Source: Klebsormidium nitens (lineage: Eukaryota > Plantae > Klebsormidiophyceae). Taken from it: a DNA stretch of 59,672 nucleotides. The stretch is taken from NCBI GenBank assembly GCA_000708835.1, contig DF237487.1, positions 1 to 59,672 on the forward strand. Direction: 5' to 3'. The notes under the pieces are model-generated. The model saw nothing but the letters and a program-made list of their open reading frames with translations, was not told the DNA's origin and searched no databases. The first letter of the stretch is position 1. Each line of letters begins with the position of its first letter. A program made the translations under genes and the position numbers. Of the stretch, positions 48,501 to 58,383 are shown piece after piece.

Positions 48501-51500
48501 AGTTCGGGTCCTTCTTAACTCGTGATATCCTTGAGCCCTTAAATCCCTTGGATTCTGAGGAGGTCCTTCTTACAACGGGGAAGTTGTTCCGCGTGTGACC
48601 ATCCCTCTTGGATTTCTATGCCTCGTCTGAATCGGTTTTGTGCAACTGCTTACAGTATTAACAACAAGGGGGTGAGCTCAGAGGACGGGGCGACCGTAGC
48701 TGCCAAAGTAAGCTCACCTTCCTCTTTTCTACGCATGCTGGACTCTTGTGCTGCGCTCATTTTGACATTGTCTCCAACCGATTACGCTTTGGTGAAAGCT
48801 GGCCCTGTGGTCACTTCTCCTTAAAATCCGTGGCACATCAATCATGGGGTATGTCGTTGGTGCGGGCGCTTACAATCTACTGTTCGCAAAGTCTGCCCGA
48901 ATGTGGCACAAACTCCATGCGAGAATCGCCCTCGACGTTGGTAGATCCGGAATTGGCTGAGAACGTTCTAAATAGGCTTCAATACAAACACTTCTTGGGT
49001 TGTCTATAGAGGTTCAAGCTTCGCGATCTTTGCTTTCGATATTGAGGCCGGCCTGCCCGTTCGAGACATACTGTCTGAAACTTTTGAGCTGCTGACATCG
49101 CATGTTATCACAAGACCGTCTGGGCGTCAGATGCGTCAGCATTCACATGCACGATTACGGTGTAGAGATTGGCTATCAGCTTGTTCAAGAAGGCGCTTGC
49201 CCACGTCAGCAGTTGGTGCCGGCACATGGTAACTTCTGGGAGGAGGCTTCTGCGGTAGTGCTGAAGATACTGCTTTCAGGACATGAGGATAACGTTGCTG
49301 ACGTCCCCTTTCTTGCCCTCTCTGCATTGATGACACTGAGTCCCTTGGGGCCTTCCTTGTTTCAGAGGGCGTTTCCTTCGCCGGCATTCGGGAACACAGG
49401 AGCGTATCCGCAAAGATACCAATCTGCTGACGTCAAAAGGCCGATGCTGACGTCAATCTCTACTATCTCTACACGAACTTGAGCGCTTCGGGGGCGCATT
49501 TCGAAGCGGAAGCGTCTCCTTTGGCAACAGAAGGGGGAAAGCCCGGAGCCTTTTGCTGACTCACTGTATTGCTGACGTCAGTTGAACGTTGCTGACATCA
49601 TATTACGCACCTCTTACAGTGGAGCCTGAGCGCTTTGGAGGCTTACTTCGAGTCGGAAGGCGTCGTCTTTGGCAAACATCTGGGAGGAGTTCAGGGGCGT
49701 AATCGCAAAGACAAGTCTGCTGACGTCAGAAGAACGTTCCTGACATCATTTCCCGTTCTTTTTTCAGTGGAGCCTGAGCGCTTTGGAGGCCTACTTCGAG
49801 TCGGAAGGCCTCTCCTTCAGCGACATCTGGGAGGAGATCAGGGGCGTCGTATTGAAGACGCTGATTGCTGTGGAGGGGAGAGTGGCGAGCCTGTGCCAAG
49901 CGCATTTACCGCACCGTAACAACGGCTTTGAGCTTTATGGCTTCGACGTGCTGTTGGACGCGGATCTCAAACCCTGGCTCCTTGAGGTGAGATTGTCTTG
50001 TCATTTTGGTGTTCTTACAACTCAACTTGAACCTTCTTCTGAGGTGTCCTAAAGATTCCAGAGAACGTGAGCATTCCAGGGTGAGTGAGCCTGTGCCAAG
50101 CGCATTTACCGCACCGCAATAACGGCCTTGAGCTTTCTGGGTTCGACGTGCTGTTGGACGCGGTTCTCAAGCCGTCGCTCCAACATTCTACGTGTTTATG
50201 TTTTTGATAACGTAAAAGCCTTTGGAAGGTAGATGGTGTTGACGTGTTGGAGCGGTAACATTTGCTTCTAGATTTGCGGCTTTGACGGGCGTTGGGCCGG
50301 ATCTCAAGCATCCGCAATTTCTACAAGCTCGCGGCGTGAGCATGTCTCCTTTGGGCGCACCAAACGAGAATTGCACTTTTCTTAGCTTCCGCGGATGCAA
50401 CGTGAATATAGATCCTGATCTCAAGCCGTTGCGCTTCCAGACGAGCCGACGGAAACTTTATCTTTGATGAGTACTTGATACATCTTAGCCAGCGGTTTCT
50501 TATGTTGGTTGGGCTGTGTCAAACTCACCTTAGCCCTGTGCGTCCTGTGGCATCTTCTCTGCCTTGGAATTTATGCATTCGCTAAACGGGTGTCTCAAAC
50601 TTCAGGTTAACACCGGCCCTGCGCTGCACTGCCCGACCGCCCTCGACAAGGAGATCAAGTTCAAGCTCATAAGGGACACACTACACTTGGTGAGCGTGCA
50701 ACCATACCGTATTGCCCTGAAGTTTTCGTTTGGACCTTCCCATCGAACCTTTTTCGCAACCTGAACCAAGTTCCAGTGCACGATAATGTTCTTTTCTATT
50801 CTTGGGATGTCTCCAACTCCGTTGAGTGCTGGTCCCTGGGTTCCATCAGAAGTTTTCTGCTTCGTCTTATAGTTGCTCCTTCTTTAAAGCATCTCGATGG
50901 GCTGCTTATATGAAGAGTAGATGGATGGTTCCTGGAGACACATCTATTCGGTCTTGTCCTTCTGGATCTATGCTGCCGGCTTTTAGAGGGGCCTGAGGCA
51001 TGCCGCAAAGACGCTTTTTCTCGCCTGACTCCTTACCTTAAGGTCAATCTGTGTGAATCTGCTCTAGGTGGTACAGATTGTTTCCTGGTTTTTCAGATAT
51101 CCAATGATCCGAATTCCGGGTCGTTTTCCAGGTGGGCTCTTCCCCATACGACCGGGACGCCCTCGCGAAAGAGGAGGAGAGTCGTTCCTTTTCTTTTCGT
51201 TTGGCTGTCAAGGACTTGTTTCCTTTCCACACGAAATGTTCCTTCCAATGCGGAGTCGCTTTCCGAGTGACCAAACGTATGTAAGGGACATTCCAGCCTT
51301 CGGGACTCGCTTCCGTCAGCCATTTAATGCAATTTTAACTTTCTTTCCAGGTGGGCTTCTCCCCGTATGACCGGGACGCCCTCGCGAAAGAGGAGGAAGA
51401 AAGCCGGCGCATGCGGTTGTTGGGCCTGGAGGGGCGCCGCGGCAAGGGGGCGCGAGAGGAGGACGCGCGCGTTTTGCGGCGCGATCTGCAGTCGCTTGAT

Positions 51501-52311
51501 GACGCCAGCTTTGTGGCGGCCACCAGCGGGCGGCCGCCACTGCTGATCCAGGTACGAAACTGGAGCCGTCCAATGAGAATCAATGTTCATATCAACGGTT
51601 TGTTTCGACTGGAAGCGGCAGGTTTTTTGGCGGCCTCGAGTGCTAATACAGGTATGAACGTTGAAAGGCGCATTTCTTAACTTGAAGCCATTGGTTAGTC
51701 AGTTTTCCTCAGATCCAAGGTTTGATCGCATGGAAGCGGCAACCTTTGCGGGGGGCACCTGCCGTCGCTAAATCACTTGAGAAACGTCGACGCACTCGGT
51801 AACAGTCGCAATTTTCGATTCGTTCGTTGATACCAACACTTCAATCAGCGTCTCAGTTGCAGAGGAAGCGGCCGATCTGTGATGACGCCGCACCTGCTTT
51901 TTTCAAAAGAGCGCCATTTTGAAGAGGAGTCTCTGTTACTGTGTGCAGGAAGGGGAGAGCGAGAATGCAAGGAGGAGCGACTTCGAGCGGCTGTATCCAG
52001 GTCCAGACGCGGAGAGGTGGGGCTTTCACCTCTCATGCAGCTAGGCCAGATTGCGCTCGTATTATGAAGTTCAAAAGATGTTTGAGATTCAATATAGAGC
52101 TTGAGTCCACTGCCAAAAGGGGCTCCTCTGGTTTCTCGAGAAAACGAGGGCAACTTCGATGTGAACGGAGTAGATCTGCTTTCATTGTCAATAGTTCATG
52201 TGTGCTCTTTGGGGGCACGACCTGATAAGGACGCAGGTGCCAATGGTATTACGTCCTGAATCCCTCCCGCGCCCGGTTGCTGATCGTTCTGCGGGTTACA
52301 GGATTGAGTGA
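42545..52311 (+). CDS. Tubulin-tyrosine-ligase-like polyglutamylase (TTLL4/TTLL5-like), ~851 aa; join(42545..43730,44044..44171,44565..44631,45197..45279,45822..45954,46441..46493,46950..47071,47618..47711,48076..48131,48656..48707,49768..49986,50606..50689,51351..51551,51949..52016,52302..52311)
   Basis: 15 phase-compatible exons, 2556 nt. Canonical TTL motifs [94 protein letters not shown]. Start codon and final micro-exon are uncertain. Confidence 0.9.
47108..47200 (+). repeat. Short tandem repeat in TTLL intron 7
   Basis: GGGACGGTGTTCGAGTCTGACA twice (47108, 47133), then further AGTCTGACAT/AGTCTGA units. Confidence 0.85.
49225..50430 (+). repeat. Graded series of partial copies of TTLL exon 11 on both sides of the live exon
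   Basis: 5'-half copies at ~49612..49715 (with acceptor), ~49477..49540 and ~49230..49300; 3'-half copies at ~50088..50185, ~50280..50315 and ~50390..50430. Confidence 0.85.
51120..51190 (+). repeat. Intronic copy of TTLL exon-13 start including acceptor
   Basis: TTTTCCAG|GTGGGCTCTTCCCCATACGACCGGGACGCCCTCGCGAAAGAGGAGGA versus 51341..51400. Confidence 0.92.
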
Positions 52312-53156
52312 TCTCCACTTTTGCAAATGTAGTAGAGCGTTTGAGAGAGCGAAGTAGCATTGTAGCGAGGATTTGCCCGATCCAGCGTCACTCTCTGACA
52401 CTGGGTTTCTGGATCTTCGTCTTCCATGACTGGACCCCTGACTTTGAGAACCATTGTTAACCCTCGGTTCCTGTTACTCATAGGTGGGGCCCCCTTTTCG
52501 AGTCCCAACGGTTCAACAACACGCTCTACGCCCGGTGGTTACGATTGCAAAACGAGCAAAGCCCTCCACAAGCCAATCGCTTGCGAAGGTCAATGAGTGG
52601 GCTCTCACAGACCACAGAAAGTGAAAATGGCGGGAAGCCGTCAGCAAGGAGTGTTGGGACTCCTCCGCTCGCGTCAAAGAGGAGTGCAAGATCGCGCAGC
52701 ACTGCGTATTGAGGTGATTAAAAGCACGAGGTTGTGGAGGAGCTCATGTTGATGATCAAAGGTCCTTGTGACTCGAACATTGAATATTGATAATTGATGC
52801 AAAGTCCTTTCAAGTTCGAGAGAAAATATTAGAATCTTGCTCAGCTAGGGGGCACATTATGCGGTTATGTCCGACACTATTGGAATATGGTTGTGATTCA
52901 TACTACCCATGAGAATTCGAGATCTCATCCGTCTCGATGACCATATATGCCCCATGCATATCATGTGCATCTCGCCCCGCACTCGAGCCCACTGCTGTCG
53001 GCTAGAGGCGCTTTCAAGTTTGTATAGCCGGGCCAGTGCCATTGAGCATCAATGACCACGATTGCGGGCCGGCCACCGCACTGCATACTTTAATAAACAA
53101 GCTGATACATGTTTGGCCGGACTAATGACGTAGCGTTGTCAGTGTGGGCCGCCGCA

Positions 53157-53258
53157 ATCGGTGCGCTGCAGCCCTTGCGGCGGTCGCGGCGCCGCGGCCT
53201 CAGACCGGATCGGTGCGCTGCAGCCCTTGTGGCGGCTTAGCGCCTATATATAAGGCGC
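53157..53258. repeat. 27-bp direct repeat plus TATA-centred palindrome
   Basis: ATCGGTGCGCTGCAGCCCTTG(C/T)GGCGG at 53157 and 53209; GCGCCTATATATAAGGCGC at 53240..53258. Confidence 0.8.
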
Positions 53259-53810
53259 GGCCGCATGTCCTGATTCGACTCTTGCTATATAACCCCATGT
53301 CAACCCTGCGCATGTGTTAAGTTAGTGTCGCGGCGGCAGCCGCTGAGCCGGATCCGCATGCATCATGACATGTAGTCTATACAACGGTATGTAAGATTAC
53401 TTCTACTTCGAAATGGTTGGGAACTTGCTTATATGTGCTGCATGCAATTACTCAGACGCGAACGGCCGGGCGACTGGCAAGGATTATACGTATCATATGA
53501 CCATCTGCTGAAAAACATATCTCAGTGTGACAGGGCGGCCAGAGCTACTCATATAGTGAGGATGTAGGCCCACTGCCAGGCTAAGTTGAGTAAATGCATG
53601 CATTGAAGGGGCATGTCGGTCAGACGACAGCGCAGATCGATGTATCTTTCACTACACTTGAGTGGAGTCACAGAGATTGTTTAACCAGGCTTATGCCCGG
53701 ACCTGCAGCACATTTAGGGTCCGCCGATACCTCGAACTGCATGGAAGTGCAGCAATTGTTCCACAAAATGTAAGAACTTAATTATCAAAGTGCGTAGGCT
53801 AATGCCTTCT

Positions 53811-56225
53811 TTATCGGCCGTCCACAAACTTGTAGTGCAACGAGTTTGACGAAGTTGAGGTTTGAGTGTACGAGCTGCCGCTCCTGATTCCTTGATCCTC
53901 CCAGCCGTCGGCCAGACCGCTCTCGTTCTCGACCTCGCTCGTCCTAGTTCTTACTGCTGCCCTAATCTGCAAACTGACCCGCTCCATCGTGGGCCGCGCA
54001 GAGGGATCCCTCTGCAAGCACTCGAGCGCAATACGTATACAGCACTGCGCCTCGTCCACGTCATAATCGTCGCAGTCCAACAGTTCCAGGCCCCTCCCGT
54101 TGCGCACCAAGCCCGCCGTATACTCGACCAACGGCTTGTCCGTCCCGGCCCACCGCTCCGCCACTGTTCGCCCTGCGAGAAGCTCCAAAAGCAACACCCC
54201 GAAACTGTACACGTCACATTTTGTGCTCAAGTACCGGCTTCCCCCTTGCAGATACTCTGGCGCCATGTAACGCAGCGTCCCCTTGATCGCAGACGAAGAG
54301 CCCACCGTTGCATCCGGCAACAAGCGCGCTAGCCCAAAATCTGCGATGCACGCGCCGCCGCCCCCCTCCCGGAGCAGAACGTTCCCGGCCTTGATGTCAC
54401 GGTGCACAAACGGGGGGTGGACGTCATGGTGCAGGTAGGCCAGAGCCCGTGCCACGTCAGCAACGACTGCCATCCGCAAACCCCACGGGAAAGCCCGCGC
54501 GGCCTCCCCCTTCCGAGCGGCCTGCAGCCGCATCGCAAGACTGCCTTCGGGAAAGTACTCGAAAACGAGCAGCCGTTCCCCTCCTTCCGCAACCGCCCCG
54601 AACAATCGCACGAGGTTCTTGTGACGCACTTGGCTGAGCGTCAACAACTCCGCGCGCCAAGATTGGTCCTCCACGTCGGCCCCCTTCGTGAGTCGTTTCA
54701 CTGCCACCACCCCCCCGTCAGGTAGCACTGCCCGGTAGACCGCCCCAAAGGAGCCCGTTCCCACCACAGCATTTGCGGCCCAGCCTCCCGTCGCCGCACT
54801 CAGCTCCACAAGTGTGAACTGCCTCTCGGCAGGGGGCCCTTGAGAGACCCTCCAATGGTCACTTGATGACATTTGAGACTTTTCACCGGGATCGGGTTTT
54901 GCCTTCCGCTTGCCCCGGCAGTACTTGAGCCCCCAAAGCAACGCAGCAACGAGAGCAACACAGACCGCGCCCGCAGCGATCCCGGCAATGATACCTGTTG
55001 GGGGTGAGGGAGACGACGGCGGGGGCAGGGGGGGACTGAAATTTGCGGGGGGAATGGTTGGTGGGCTGTTTGCTGGGGGTGGATTTGCGGATGCTATGCT
55101 GAGACCCGGATTCCCTACAAATATGTTCTCGGGTTTGAAACGGGTTACGAGATCAGGGGCAACGGTTCCGGTGAGATTGTTGTTGTATATGGAAAGTGCC
55201 ATGAGCAGGGGGGGGTTGGCAAGCTCTATAGGGACCGCTCCCGTGAGAAGGTTGTCGTTCAAACGTAAGATAGTTACGCTTGGAAGTTTGCCCAGTTCAG
55301 GGGGGATCGGGCCCGTGAGCGAGTTGCGAAGCAGGTAGAGCTCCCTCAATAGGGTCAGATTACCGAGCTCCGGAGGAATGCCCCCCGTAAGGAAGCAACG
55401 GTTGAAACTGAGAAGCACGAGGCTCTTGAGAGCGCCGAATGTTGCGGGCAACGGCCCCGAAAGATTGTTTCGCTCGAGGACCAGGGTTTGGAGGTTGCTC
55501 AACCTGCCGAGGCTAGAGGGGAGGGGTCCGGTTAAGGAGTTGTTATGAAGGAGCAGGTTTGTTAACCCTGCAATGTTGCCAAGCTCTGAAGGGATGGGCC
55601 CAGAGAGGGTGTTGTTCCAAGCGTAGAAGTTGGTTAAGCTAACCATGTTCCCCAGTGCGGACGGAATGGGCCCTGAGAGTTGGTTATATTGGAGGGTTAA
55701 CTCGGTGAGGCGCGTTAACCCCCCAAGCTCAGGAGGCAGACTCCCATTGAGCCGGTTGTTCTGCAGATTCAGGACCCGTAGTTGTGTTAAGCTTGCCAGC
55801 TCTTTTGGGATGGCACCAGACAAGCGGTTTTGTGCCAAATCTAGCAGCGCCAGCTTTGTAAGATTGCCCAGCTCCGGAGGGATCCCCCCCGTCAAATTGT
55901 TAGCCTCCAGCTTCAGTTCCTGGAGGTTTACCAGCTTCCCAATGTCAGGGGGAATGTCACCGGAGAGGTTGAAACCGCACAGGCGCAAAATGGTGAGGTT
56001 TGTCAGAGTGCCAAGCTCGGCAGGCAACACCCCACTAAGGGGCACAGATGGTGACGTCGTTGGACCTTGTTCAAAGCAAAGGTCAATCGAGGTTTGGGTG
56101 AGGAGACTGCCCGTTGTGAGCTGTTGGAGATCGCTGAGAGTGAAGGCAGCCCCATATTGAGGGACCAGAAAGCCAAGCAGCAAGAGCACGAGGTGTTGGA
56201 TGCGGTTCCCTTGCACGTCCTTCAT
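53811..56225 (-). CDS. Leucine-rich-repeat receptor-like Ser/Thr kinase (LRR-RLK), single exon, 804 aa
   Basis: Signal peptide; about 12 plant-type 24-aa LRRs (LxGxIPxELGxL); Pro-rich stalk; TM helix GIIAGIAAGAVCVALVAALLWGL; kinase motifs GTGSFGAVY, VAVK, HRDIKAGN (RD type), DFG, GTLRYMAPEY. Confidence 0.95.
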   Translation of the reverse strand: MKDVQGNRIQHLVLLLLGFLVPQYGAAFTLSDLQQLTTGSLLTQTSIDLCFEQGPTTSPSVPLSGVLPAELGTLTNLTILRLCGFNLSGDIPPDIGKLVNLQELKLEANNLTGGIPPELGNLTKLALLDLAQNRLSGAIPKELASLTQLRVLNLQNNRLNGSLPPELGGLTRLTELTLQYNQLSGPIPSALGNMVSLTNFYAWNNTLSGPIPSELGNIAGLTNLLLHNNSLTGPLPSSLGRLSNLQTLVLERNNLSGPLPATFGALKSLVLLSFNRCFLTGGIPPELGNLTLLRELYLLRNSLTGPIPPELGKLPSVTILRLNDNLLTGAVPIELANPPLLMALSIYNNNLTGTVAPDLVTRFKPENIFVGNPGLSIASANPPPANSPPTIPPANFSPPLPPPSSPSPPTGIIAGIAAGAVCVALVAALLWGLKYCRGKRKAKPDPGEKSQMSSSDHWRVSQGPPAERQFTLVELSAATGGWAANAVVGTGSFGAVYRAVLPDGGVVAVKRLTKGADVEDQSWRAELLTLSQVRHKNLVRLFGAVAEGGERLLVFEYFPEGSLAMRLQAARKGEAARAFPWGLRMAVVADVARALAYLHHDVHPPFVHRDIKAGNVLLREGGGGACIADFGLARLLPDATVGSSSAIKGTLRYMAPEYLQGGSRYLSTKCDVYSFGVLLLELLAGRTVAERWAGTDKPLVEYTAGLVRNGRGLELLDCDDYDVDEAQCCIRIALECLQRDPSARPTMERVSLQIRAAVRTRTSEVENESGLADGWEDQGIRSGSSYTQTSTSSNSLHYKFVDGR

Positions 56226-57005
56226 CTTTACGCGGTGCCCTTGTCAGAAGATGGTCATGGGAGACTAAGACTAGCACATTATAGGGAGAGAACAGACGCT
56301 GTTGCACCTTGTTATCTGAGCTGGCAATTTGCTTGCACCTTATTATTTGAGCTGGCAATGTGCTCCCAGATTCCGACACATGTACACACCCAGCAGGTGA
56401 CAGTCTACACTGTACAGGTCGTCTGCATATTCGGCCTCGTGCAGGCACTAGCATCATCAAAAGACCGCCAGTCTCACTTTCAAGACAGCTAGAAGGTACC
56501 TATCAACCGGGAGATTCCTCATAAGACACGCAGCACGCTTGAAAGAGCATGTCAAAGATGCATGTCGACATGCCGGAGGGAACCCCCAGGCCCGCGGAAC
56601 AAGGCCGAGCCGCCACATGTCGCTAATGGCGCCGTCGAAAAGTTGTCAGACTGTGTGCGCCAGCCGGGGCGCGTTCCCGAGCCGCGGGAGTCGGGCCCGG
56701 GCCCCGGACCCTTGCAACTTCTTGCCAAGTTGCTGCAGCTTCCTCGGGGCCGGCGCCCAGCGCACACTTGAAATGAAGGAGTAGCGCCTGGTGAATGCCG
56801 GGCGCTGCCGGCGGCCGGGGGATTGCCAACCGGCCCTCCGATACGGTCCAGCTGGGGAGCCCATATGGCCGCCCCTGGCACGTCCGCAATGCGAATCCGC
56901 CCCCGTCGCGTACGGCACATGAAGTCTCCGTACAATACTGGTCCGAAGAGTACGGTCACCGGTAGGTAATTTCCGCTGTGCACTCTGCAGCGACTGAGTT
57001 ATAGA

Positions 57006-57030
57006 CGGCGGCGGCGGCGGCGGCGGCGGC
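57006..57030 (+). repeat. (CGG)8 microsatellite upstream of the LRR-RLK
   Basis: Direct reading. Confidence 0.9.
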
Positions 57031-57054
57031 GATGCGGCACTGACGCAAGTACGA

Positions 57055-57593
57055 CAAAGCATTCTCCTTTTATTATATAATAATATAGTGTCTCAGACTT
57101 CAGAAAGTGTGAGCACTGAGAACTCTTTACACGCGGGATAATTGGCTCTCAAGGTGTCCGCGTGGATCAAATTGTCAGATCAGGTCCTTTGATCAAGATT
57201 GCGTCAGAGTTGTCAGATTTACCGTACAGTTCGCGGTACGGCTCCCGGTACAGATGGGGACCGGGTCAGAGGAAGTGGCTACATACACTAAAGTACTCTG
57301 CCCGGTTGTCACTGTCATTGAGTAACCCTAATGTCACTGGGAAATGACGTAACCCTAACAAAACGCTAGTCGATTGCCACAAGGTTTGCAACATAACCCT
57401 AATATCCCAGTGAGAGCCCCGGTCACTGTCAATGTCAATGTCAATGTCAATGTCACTTGTCAGCGTCACTGTCACTGTCCTAACCACAGCCCGTAACCAC
57501 TGTCAGAGTCATGACTCCGATGACTTCACGTGTTTGAGTGTGCTTTACGCCTATTTGGCGGGGCGGAGACACTAATAAAAGGAGAATGCTTTG
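57055..57593. mobile_element. Putative MITE-like non-autonomous element bounded by ~28-bp inverted repeats
   Basis: Left CAAAGCATTCTCCTTTTATTA[TATAATAATATA]GTGTCTC is the reverse complement of right GAGACACTAATAAAAGGAGAATGCTTTG apart from a 12-bp TA-rich insert. No coding capacity; no clear TSD. Confidence 0.55.
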
Positions 57594-58383
57594 ATGCTTT
57601 TGCGGCACGGACAGTGGCTTGCATGCTGGACTCTGGAGTCGAGTCTGGACGAATACAAGCGGCTATGGACGAAAAGACTGTCGCGCATTTTGCGGGCCTG
57701 TAGCACCTAGTACCGTATCCTGCATCACAAAACCTGCCATGGTACATTCTGGTATCATTCATGTACATTCCGGTATCATTCTCGTACACTGTGGTACATG
57801 AAACCACAGTGTATCGGGGATTTGCTGATTTATACATGACGGATACATTACCGTGGACCACACACGGACCATATGGTGCTGATCTGACCATACGTTTGCT
57901 GTGCACAACGTGTATGATAAGAAGACTCAATGTGTGCTGCTTCAATGCAATCCTGATGTGTGTTGCGCATTGATTGCTTCTGGGCCTTGCTCATCGTGTA
58001 AAAAAGTCTTATCAGATTGGCATGGAAATGGCATCCAACCATACAGCTTGAGTCGACAGGTGTGCAAGGATTGCAGGGAGCTGACAAGCTGCTGATTTAC
58101 AAATGGCACTGAAAAGCACCGTATCTAAAAATTTCAAATCAACACAGAAGCCGGGGAATCATATACTGGTATCATTGCTTGGTTCACTGAATGCTTCAAG
58201 AAACATAACACATTCAAGATGGATTCTGGTCAGAATGAGTATCTGCATATTTGGACTGTGCCCTTACCAGAGAGTTCCCTACTGTAGATACTGTGGACCT
58301 CACTACCAAGCGGGGCCCGGCGCCCACCCGCATGTAAAGGCAGCTCTATCAATCTTATGATCGTGAACTCAAGTGAGGGTGCC

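Noticed and set aside
54910-56160. Plus-strand ORFs (142 aa, 176 aa)
   Set aside because: Antisense shadows of the LRR-RLK.
56623-56889. ALLLHFKCAL...TW resembling an LRR N-cap upstream of the RLK
   Set aside because: Spacing is off, there is no signal peptide, and the RLK ORF has its own start and signal peptide.
57320-57405. AACCCT motifs as a true telomere or chromosome end
   Set aside because: Only three isolated units, not a tandem array.
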